A DNA stretch of 58,986 nt, filler included, from Sphacelaria rigidula (lineage: Eukaryota), in the NCBI GenBank assembly GCA_964200075.2. It is 7 parts of 7 records of this genome, joined end to end, with 100 filler letters (N's around TTAATTAATTAA, not from the genome) between each part and the next. Parts side by side here need not be neighbours in the genome. Positions count along the whole stretch, not along the records: positions 42,206 to 50,546 come from CAXNAA020011461.1; positions 50,647 to 58,986 come from CAXNAA020011462.1; 5 more parts are not named here. One strand, 5' to 3'. The position numbers and the translations under genes are program-made. Of this stretch, positions 49,405 to 58,986 are shown piece after piece. A model generated the notes under the pieces. That model did no database searches. It was not told the origin of the DNA and worked only from the letters and a program-made list of their open reading frames with translations. Every line of letters starts with the position of its first letter. The first letter of the stretch is position 1.

Positions 49405-49502
49405 GTGAAGACTGAAAGCTCGAAGTTCGAACAGCAAAAGGAAGAGTGGATTGATGTGGAAGGCCAGGCCGAGGTGGACGTCGACATCATGAAGGAGCTC
49501 AG
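49405..49502 (+). CDS. Orphan internal exon, unknown protein
   Basis: CACTAAC branch and ACAG acceptor (ends 49404). Encodes VKTESSKFEQQKEEWIDVEGQAEVDVDIMKEL(R); AG|GTATG donor at 49503 (phase 2). Confidence 0.65.
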
Positions 49503-50999
49503 GTATGGAAATGTGTCTGCGAAATGACAACCCAACCTTGTACGTACTATGCGCACATTGTACAGTCGTTCCATTTCCCCCTGTAACACCTCTTATGTGA
49601 CATGCGTGGCATCCCTGGGTAGGTATTGGTTGCGGAAACGCCGAGGCCTCTTCATGCAACACGCCCTGTTGCGTGTGCTGTCGCTTGATTACGGCTGGTG
49701 CCGCTGACCGTGCATCTCCGAAAGAGAGCATCTGCCTCGGCCGTGTTGGCAAACTGTCCCCTGAATACTGGACTGGGCTGTGTCACCGCACACGAAAACA
49801 ATGTCCAAAGTTGGACAGCTGGCAACAGTCTACGTGTAACAGGACGGTGCTTTCGAGTGTATACAAGTAGGAGTACGAGGGCACAGAGATATGTTCCGTT
49901 TAATATACACGGATCACCATCAGTAAAAGTCAAAAGTGGGTCAACGGAAGCTCCCCACGTGTGCTACAGTAGTACACGCCGTTTTTTTCAAACATGTTGA
50001 CCGACGTGTGCAGAGTCGTGACGGTTGGGACCGATATGCGGTTATGGGTTTCACGAAATTTGCGTTTTTGGCGCGTGATTTCGCAACCGCGCCCCGTTGG
50101 TCCAACACAACAGTATAATTGAGTTGGTTGGATAGAAAGAGGTGTGTTCGATGCCTGGCAGATGCTTTTTTGATTGCTGAAAACATCTGATGTCCCGTCT
50201 TTGAAAATACGAGGTTGTGAGTATTTTCAGAAGAAGAGTTTGTTTGACGCAAGTGCACGCGGTGCGAGAGTGCTGATCCAATCTGATGTTGAAGTGGAAG
50301 GCGCGTCCAGGGGAAGAGATGAGTTGGCCGGTTCAGGCCACGGACTCATGCCCAGGAATGGGAAGGGTTGGAAGTTTACAAGAAAATAGAAGATGTAACT
50401 GCGGAAGTTTACAAGATGTAACTATGATACCAGTAACTTTGTTCGGCCTGCGGTAAGTTTTGCTCTGTATTATTCATGTTAAAATGGGGGGGGGGGGGGC
50501 AGAATTCTGATCCACTTTCCCCACGAAATTTCACTTCGAATCGTCGNNNNNNNNNNNNNNNNNNNNNNNNNNNNNNNNNNNNNNNNNNNNTTAATTAATT
50601 AANNNNNNNNNNNNNNNNNNNNNNNNNNNNNNNNNNNNNNNNNNNNTTCCCGTGAGTTAAGGGCAATAGTCAGTTTTCAGGTTTCAGCAAAACGCCCTCA
50701 TCTCACGAAAAAAAAAAAAACCTCAATGTGCTTCTTCACGATTTTTTATTATTCCCCATGCATTATCCATACCAAATTTCAGGGTCTAACTCCCAATATT
50801 GGCCGGCGCATCCGCCTGCAAACGTTCATGCAGCCTCTAGGCTGGCCCAGCTCGTACAAGATTCGTACAAGATGGGTTCTCACTTCTCACAAGTGGAATT
50901 CACAAATGTAGAGATAAAACAGAAATACTACCAACAACGATGATGATAACACCGGTAAGAATAAATGATGATACTCCTACCAATACAAAGACTACCATA

Positions 51000-51375
51000 G
51001 CCGGCCGCCCCAGTGGTTTAGTTAGTAACCTTGAAACTTTCTGACGGTTGGGACGTGGATTTGAATCTCGGTGAAGTCACACGATCTGGATAATTTCTCA
51101 TATCATGCCCAAAAGCGGAAAGCAACTATGTCGTGGGTACACAACATGCTACTTCACGGTCGACGAGGGAAACGCAGTGCTGAACCCTTATCGCGATATG
51201 AAGTAAGGCAAGCCCTGCAGAAGGGAGATGGAACTCGAAAAACAAAGCAAAAAACGACGGACGCCCGTGCTGACCTTTCTCACGCGTGACCCCGAGTGAT
51301 GCATCCAGATAAACCCACATCTACCGGAAGGTGTAGACTGGCGTCCAGGATAGATGATATGACAACACACGCACG
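51000..51375 (+). mobile_element. tRNA-derived SINE family A, full-length diverged copy
   Basis: Head GCCGGCCGCCCCAGTGGTTTAGTTAGTAACC..GGATTTGAATC, shared body, ends GACAACACACGCAC. Confidence 0.75.
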
Positions 51376-52542
51376 CTACTACTACTATTGATGGTGAGGG
51401 CAATAATGGTGATAATAGTAAGAAGAGTGATGATAACAGCAACTGTGGCACCCAGTTATCGTCGCCACTGTCGTTCCCGCTGTCCCATCGGCTTCGCTGT
51501 TTAAGTTGTTGAGATACTGCAGTACGAAGGAATGCAGCTTATCCAGCGAGTCCAGGGAGTTTCCAAGCCCTGCTCTGCAGAGCCTACCCAGTCCACGTCC
51601 ACATCGCGTCCCTACACGCGCTGTACCCTTACACCGAGTGAGCAGCTACAACCTTCAACCTACGCGTACCCAGTCCCGGATTAGATGAGCCACGCCAACC
51701 GTCCACAGGTATGTATTATATTACCACTTTTACTATGATTACCGCTGTTCCTACAGTATAACTGTTCATCATAATCATTTATTATCATTATCATTACCAT
51801 TATCATTATTTCATCATTGCTACTATTGCTAATACTATTACACTACCACAACAACAACTACTACTACTGCGTCTAGAACAACTACTACTCCTTCTTGCTG
51901 CAGTGTCCTGTCGGCTTCGCAGTCGACGTCGTTGAGATACTGCAGCACGGAGGAATGCAGCTCGTCTAGCGCGTCTAGGGTGTTTTCGTAAGGTCGTCCG
52001 TTGTGCGTGTGAGTGAGGACGCTCCTTGTGGTCCCACACAGTCCGAGTAACCTGATACTATATTTTCAGACCCAGCTTTCACATTTTGAGGTGATTCCGG
52101 CGCCCAATAACAGAGGTTCAAGGACACACGCTTTTCGATTGTGTATCCTCATGAGCAAGGCGGCACTATTTCTACTACTTTCACTCGTGTATTTTCATAA
52201 GCACGTCGGCACTGCTCCTACTATGGTAGTCGTGGAGTCTGGGTTCGTGGATCTCCTGTAGTGCGTGGGTGCGGGGTGGTGCACACACAAAAGTTGACCC
52301 GTGTTACTCGTAGAGAGAGCGAGTCCCACGTTGGAGACGATAACGCTAGCAAGAGCTGTTGGTCCCCAGAGATGACCTCTCGAGGATGTTGTCGGGGGGC
52401 TGAAACTAAGGAACTTCAGAAATATAGAGAATGTGCTCTCCCTGTGTGTCCTGTGTCCTGTGTGTGTGTGTGTGTGTGTATTTCACGTACAGGTACGGCA
52501 TGTTATCACTTGACCAAAGACTATCATCTTCATCTTCATCAC

Positions 52543-52654
52543 CTCCGATTGGTTAATGATTCCCTTGTTGTACTTGACGGCCTCCTTAGCTTCAGCGATT
52601 ACGCCCTTTTGCGCGACGATGGACGCCTCCAACTGGGCCTTCGCCTTCTGGCTC
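52543..52654 (-). CDS. Exon of a coiled-coil protein of unknown function (downstream exon)
   Basis: T-rich TTTGCAG acceptor, then g+SQKAKAQLEASIVAQKGVIAEAKEAVKYNKGIINQSE; GAG|GTGATG donor. Phase matches exon 58714-58844 (AA|G = Lys). Confidence 0.75.
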
Positions 52655-53959
52655 CTGCAAAAAAACAAAACGCGCAAACGTATCGTTGTTGTTGTTGTTG
52701 TTGTTGTTGTCGTTGTTGTCTCCACATAAAAACGTTCCGATATCCGCGCAGTACCTCCTAACTCCCGTACTGAGCATCTGGTGCGGTCGCCTTCCGTGGT
52801 AATAGGCTAACCACCTACTGCCCCAAAAAGGTATGGAGGAAGTCAAGGGAAAAAATGTAATAGGACACGCAATCAACACAGACGCGATACAATAAAAAGA
52901 AGAAATAAAATTAACCCCGTTACTCAAGTTGCCGCAGGCCACCATTCGGACTTTAGTAAAGGAAACAGAGTTCATCGCTCCCACTCGACATGCCAAGCCA
53001 AGCAAAGCAAAATTGAAGAAGGAAAAAAAAAAAACAAGGAACCGAATATCACCGATGATGATAAATATCGCGTGCGTCTATCGTTGTACCCTTACAAGGC
53101 CGGGGTACATTACCCGCACGGTTCACCCCGACTTTGCTCTTTCCTCACACATACCTCCTCCACCCATGTGTGGAACGCCTCAAAATCAAACGTACAAACG
53201 AATATAGACATGATAATATATGAATGAAAAACATTGATGTAATCTCTTTGTATCATACACATGTATATATACATACGTCTCTTCTCCAGATTTTTTCCCC
53301 TCTCTTCTCTTATTCTACTCTGGCTGTTCTACCTTGCGATTTTCTTCACCTTCGGCATTTCCATTTTGTGCCATCTCGGGTACGTCCATCCTGTCACCAC
53401 AACTGGATCCCCGGGAGGTCAGCTAATGTGCGACAATCGATCAAACTCAATATACAATCCCAATTATGGGACGATTCCGGAAACAGGAAACATGCCAGGC
53501 ATTTGATGAGTAGGGGAAATGGGTAGGGTTAATACCCGGGTATGTACTGTCTCGAAGTTTGTGTTGCAATGGTCCAATTTCCAAACTCCACCCAACTGTT
53601 GGGTAGAGTTAGGTACGAACTCAATACTTTAACCAATATCCGAGTGCAGGGCGATCTCAATACTCTGCCCAACCTTTAGGTAAAATTGAGTACGGTTTTT
53701 CAAAAATACCAGAATGCGGGAAATACCTTATATACCTGATACATCCCTGAAGTTTACATGGATGTTCAATAAATGAGTACACGGATCGTTCTTGTTTCCT
53801 GAATCCTGAGGCATTTTTTCCCCCGAGTATAAGCGGTTGAAAAAAAGAAAGTAACGCTCATTTGTGTGAAATATATTGGAGACGAAGTCAAGAAATTGTA
53901 ACCACTCATCAGTCGCATTAAAAATATAAAGTGGCAAAATAAAATTTCGAGAAGGGTCA

Positions 53960-54293
53960 AAGGGTCGGACAAATTAGTTCTTCGTCTGGGAATCACTTGA
54001 TTTCAGTGTAATTGATTCGTGCCGTACGAATCAATTACGGTTAGGACGAATCATCACCAGTTCGAATCACCAAATCCACGATTTCTTCGGCCTGATTGTC
54101 CAAGAGGGAGAAAAAAATTCGCGGCTGGCCCAAGGGGTATCCACGCAAATTTTGCGATATTCCACGTGTCTGGGCTGGGTGTACCTGGCTTGCAACGCTG
54201 AAAACAAAGTCAAGGGATTGATTCGTACGATTCGAACCAATTACACTAGAATCAAGTAACTTCCAGACGAATCCTTTATTTGTCCGACCCTTG
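53960..54293. mobile_element. About 330-nt MITE followed by an inverted partial copy (54296-54482)
   Basis: AAGGGTCGGACAAAT ... ATTTGTCCGACCCTT TIRs of about 70 nt. Internal part is also at 33530-33664. Confidence 0.75.
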
Positions 54294-57054
54294 GAATTAA
54301 TCCTTGAGCTTTATTTCCAGCGTTGCAACCCAGGTACGCGCGGCCCAGGGACGTGGAATGGCGCAAAAATTGCGCCGAGACCTCTTGTGACCAGCGGTCA
54401 ACTTTTTTCTCTCTTTTGGGTCATCACGCCTGAAAAATCGTAGATTCCGCGATTCGAACCGGCGATGATTCGTCCCAAACGTGCAAGGGTCGCACAGAGA
54501 ATCAACACACACCACATACGCATACAAAAGGCGGACGTATTTTACTGGGTTGCGAAGTTCTCGGTATCTTTACGAGCAGGTCTCAAAGCAACATATCATC
54601 GACACAGACGACTTTGGTCGTGATCCCCATATCATATCAATCGTCTGATCAAGGGGAATATGCTCATCTTTTCAAACGTATGGGCCACTTTTTCCTCATT
54701 GATTGGACGCCATATCTAGTAGTTTCTATGCCATATGGAGATATGTTCCATTCTCAAGTCTATATGAAACTCCGAACCATATATACAGCGCGTGATGAAA
54801 AAAAATGGCGTGAACATTCCGTGGAGCACGGGGAAACGATCGATAGCCTCACCTTCACACACTTCGTCATCTATCTCGAGATATGGCGCACATATTATTT
54901 CATAATAAAATCAAAATATTACGAGCAAAGGCACTAAATGCACTAAATCGGGATTCCGCACCCCAGTTTTTCAGAGTCGTGCTTCGAAATTTGGTATACA
55001 AAATCGCTAGGGCATGATGAAAAATAAAACAGCTTCTTGAATTTTTTTCATTCCTTCATTTTCTGTTTGTTTTATTTTTTTCATTTTTCAAGGGCGTTTC
55101 GACCCTTAGACGGCGAGCGTCGCCTCGGAACAGTTTCACAGGCTGACAGTCCGGAGACATCCGGGGGTTTCCAGTGGGCGGTGGGGGGTCTGTCCGCAGG
55201 GCAGCCGGGAAGCTGACCAAGTCAACCATGTGTGTTCGGGAGTCTCCCGCCGAAGATTCTGAGTCAGGAACAAGGCCCGAGAGGCGCAGAATGATCATTC
55301 TGACCAATCCACATCTTGGACAATATATGGTCGATAGCTGCAATAGACCAGAAACGTTCTGCTCAAAGTATAGACCTTTGCGACTGTCGTGGGCCGGCAA
55401 TAGTTGCAATAGGCCTATACTTTATGCAGTACACTTCTCATCTATTGCATTTATTGGCCATATATTGTACAGGGTGTGGACCAATCACGGCCCTCAAAAT
55501 GAGCACGTAGTTCCCCTGTAGGTGGACTACAGGTGGACTACTCCGCTGTCTACCGGTATTTCTCATCTTGGTCGTGACAATTCAACCATATGTAACATGG
55601 GCACATGTAATGTGTCTTGTGCTCTGCTCGTGGTATGTGGCAGGTTTATGCGTTGCCAGCATAGCTTCACACTGTCTATGGTGTTGTTGTGGAACAGTGA
55701 GCAGAGGCACCGGCAGCATGCAGTGAATTAACTTCAGTGGAGAGCGATGGCACGCTGATTTTTTCCTGCTGCTGAATCCAACGGAGACATACCGCGCACG
55801 TACTCGTACTGACTCTGCACGCTAGAGACTGCATGGTGGAAACCGGTTAGGGGTTCTCCTGAACTAACCAAAATATAGATGCCTAGCATCCACATGATGG
55901 AAGAAAAAAAGCGTTTTGTGTGGCGAGAAAATAGCTGTTCTAAACCCCAAATGTGGCATAATTCATCTCAGTTCACCTGCAGGGGGCTCGCTGTCCAAGG
56001 GTTAAGGAAAAATGGACATTGTTCTTGACCTTTTACTCGTTTTTCACCTTAATTGATAGACTTGTGATTTGAAACTTGGCATGGAGAGCCGCAAAGGCGT
56101 GCTGAAAATAAAATAAGTGGGTCTTCATTTCTTTTTGTGACTTCGTTGCGTTCTCGTGAAAAAATCGTCTTTGCTACACTAAAACGTCGTCAACTCATGA
56201 AAAAAAAAAAAAAGTCATCCTGTCCCATGTCATCATGCCCTAGCGAGGTCCAACACAATTTTCCAAGATAAGTACCATACTTGGGCCGATAATAAAATTC
56301 CAAGACACAACGTACGAAACCTGGGCCTGCAAAATACTGTTCCGAATTTCGCCCGGCCTCACCTCAATTTTGGGAGTTGGACTTTCAAAATTGGCACGAA
56401 GAATGAGTAGGACATAAGAAAAAAATTAATCGGAACGACGAGGCTGTTTGTACATTCAACAAAGTCCTTTTCCTGAGTTTTTTTCATGAGTTAAAGGCAT
56501 TATACTGAAAACTGGACACTAACCATTACCTTCAAGTCATGAAAAAAAACTCATCGTCCCCAGTTTTTTTAGTCATGCCCTTTTCATTCTCCGTACCAAA
56601 TTTGAAAGTCCAACCCTCCAAATTGGAGTGAAGCGGGGGCCTGCAACCTATAAATTTGCGCCTAAGCTGGACCAGCTCGTATTTTCTCCAGGATAAAACA
56701 TTCATGAGGTACATGAGAAAATGAACTGCCAACAACCAAGGGTTCGTACTTGACAACACTGTTTCGAGGGGAAAATAATGACCATTTCTTTTAACGTGTT
56801 TCTGTTTGTTTGTTCGTTCGTTTGTTTGATTTTCTTTCTTTTCTCTCCCTATTGAACTCGGGGGAGCTACTTCTCAACGGTTTTCGTGGCGTCTCTTTTC
56901 TTATTTCTTTTCTTGGTCATATATTTATGCCTTGTACGGAATAGCAGGGATGGTATTGGAAAAGGCGAGTCCACGTCTGTGACCACGGGTTCGCGAGATC
57001 GGACTAATGTGCGGAAATCGTAATATTAATAAAATGCGACTTTTCGTTTGTCAC

Positions 57055-57375
57055 CTTCAACCCTCCCCGCTCCGCCCGCTCCGCGGGACGAGTCCGTGGT
57101 CTAATGGTCTCAAGGGGATCAACCTATCTCTCCCTGTTACACGCTTTGCATTTTGGCCCAGCCGATTGGGTCAACACTCCTACACCGCGTCAACTCTCGT
57201 CAAAACAAACTCAAGTCAACTGATGGTTGTCTACTCACGTACACAGGCTTTCGACGGTGGAAATCACATACCTGTACGTCGAATTAAAAAAAAAACGCAT
57301 CTAGCGGGAATTGAATCAATGTTCTATCGACTCTAATGGCCACAGTCGAATCATTACACCACCGGGGAGCGGAGG
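57055..57375 (-). mobile_element. tRNA-derived SINE family B (intronic)
   Basis: Minus-strand head GCTCCCCGGTGGTGTAATGATT..GATTCAATTCCC plus shared body. Confidence 0.7.
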
Positions 57376-58137
57376 CGATAACACTTTATATCTTAAGCCT
57401 ACACAAAAACACGGTGAATCGCGGAGTCTCATCAGGTGGGTTTCCCTTCATCAGTATATATCAATTTTCAGCCCCCCTGCCCTGCCCCGCCCTCGTTGCA
57501 TTCAGCGAGTGGATGTTTTCATTCTTTGTCCACCGTTCGATTCGCGGTGAGTCGAACATTTTTTTCTTTCCTTTATGGGCACACTTTTAGCTCCTGTTTT
57601 TCCCCGGGACGAGTCCGTGGTCTCAAGGGATCAATCAACCCATCCTCCTCCTGCGGTACAGTACACGCCTTGCAGTTTGGTATGGCGCACTGGATCAGCA
57701 TACACTCCCGCGCTTGTGTCACAAAGCCCCATGTATGAGATCAGTTCTCTGTGCACCCAGACCACTACCACCTCGAAGCCTTGCCAGTTCTTGGGTAAAT
57801 GCAGCGGATTAATCTCACACGTGCACGCAACCAAGGCGAAAATGCCCCTTGAATATGTCGACGTTGCACCACCGTAAGGTGGATCTCATATTCAAGGGGC
57901 ATTGGACACGCATCAAATAATTTCTTCCTACCCCGGACGTTCTCCCGCTTCCGACGACGGAAATCAGATAGTGATACCACTACACTTTTGACGAATGAAA
58001 CGAAGTGCATCCCGCCTACACAGAATCGAACCCACACGTTTACAGCCAAAAATGTATATTTATGTTACCCTGAAACCACCTGGGCGCGGCTGTGGCCATG
58101 TGGCGAACATCGATCGATTGCTGGAGAGAGAGACACA

Positions 58138-58142
<5 letters not shown>

Positions 58143-58192
<50 letters not shown>

Positions 58193-58230
58193 CTCGCTTA
58201 TTATTATGATTATGATTATGATCATGATTA
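58143..58230. repeat. (CA)n microsatellite followed by (TATGAT)n
   Basis: Directly visible. Confidence 0.95.
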
Positions 58231-58713
58231 TATCCACCACATTAGCTCGATCTCTCGAACCCGTGGTCACAGAGTGCAAGGAGCATACCACCAATATACC
58301 CATAACCCAAACAGCCCGCAGAAGAAGGCAAGAAACACGCTAGCAAGATAGTACTCCAATTCTCAAGACTAGATTTCACATGAAAACTCCTTTTTCATCT
58401 CTTGTTAGATTATTGCGGTGGGGAAGTGTTGTTGGACACGCGGGAGTTTAGCAATCGCCCGGATAGGAATGGACAACCGTCGAGGGCTCAACTCACAATC
58501 CGATGGGAGGAAGGGAAGGGATACGTAGAGTCACAGTAAGGTGATGTGTGCGAGAAGCCGACTCCCTGTGTACAAGCAAGTACAAGTGCCACCCACACTG
58601 ATGTCCACTCACTATTTCTCCGGTACTTCTTATTCATGAAATTGTTGTGCAACCTCCCCCCCCACACACAAAGAGAGCCAGGCATGCTTGTTTTGTTTTG
58701 CTTTGCTCCTTAC

Positions 58714-58844
58714 TTGGTGGTCTTGATCTTGTAACCGTCCGAGACAATCTTTTGCTGTGCATCCACCATCTTCAACTCGGCCGACGATATCTTGTCTTGA
58801 GCGGAAATTAGCACGTCAGTTTGTGACCGAATCATCTCCGTCAC
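58714..58844 (-). CDS. Exon of a coiled-coil protein of unknown function (upstream exon)
   Basis: C-rich tract and AACAG acceptor. Encodes VTEMIRSQTDVLISAQDKISSAELKMVDAQQKIVSDGYKIKTT(K) with heptad character; GTAAG donor at 58713 (phase 2). Confidence 0.78.
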
Positions 58845-58986
58845 CTGTTGGTAGCCCGACGGACGGGGGCGGGGGAGGAGAAACACATCAACACTCGATT
58901 GGCGGGTGTGCCAAGGAGCTCGTAGTGGGAGGGGAGGGGGGGGGGGGGGGGGGCGCACCTTTGTTGTGTTCCTTAGTCTTTTAAAC

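Noticed and set aside
8342..50646. Exact 8441-nt periodicity of TTAATTAATTAA as a biological repeat or piggyBac target array
   Set aside because: Always embedded in 44-N runs; an all-frame-stop assembly linker.

Overview
This window is not one contiguous locus. It is seven contigs of 8341 nt (six) and 8340 nt (the last), joined by identical artificial 100-nt linkers (44 N + TTAATTAATTAA + 44 N). That pattern indicates length-sorted unplaced contigs, so adjacency across linkers carries no biological meaning. The DNA is eukaryotic, intron-rich and transposon-rich; long introns, CA/C-rich 3' splice regions and the LINE type suggest a brown alga (inference). Supported genes are a spliceosomal SmB/B' gene (three coding exons visible, probable GC-AG last intron, probable ATG-only first exon outside the contig), a two-exon fatty-acid-hydroxylase/sterol-desaturase family gene, two phase-compatible exons of a minus-strand coiled-coil protein, and two orphan exons. 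The rest is mostly mobile-element debris: a decayed Ty1/copia with an inversion flanked by duplications, LINE, gypsy, hAT and MULE remnants, two tRNA-derived SINE families, Helitron ends, and MITEs with piggyBac-, PIF/Harbinger-, hAT-, Stowaway/mariner- and TGT..ACA-type ends. There is also a probable decayed subtilase pseudogene. I found no evidence for a novel multi-gene system. The most interesting signals are the SmB splicing features and the unclassified non-autonomous elements.
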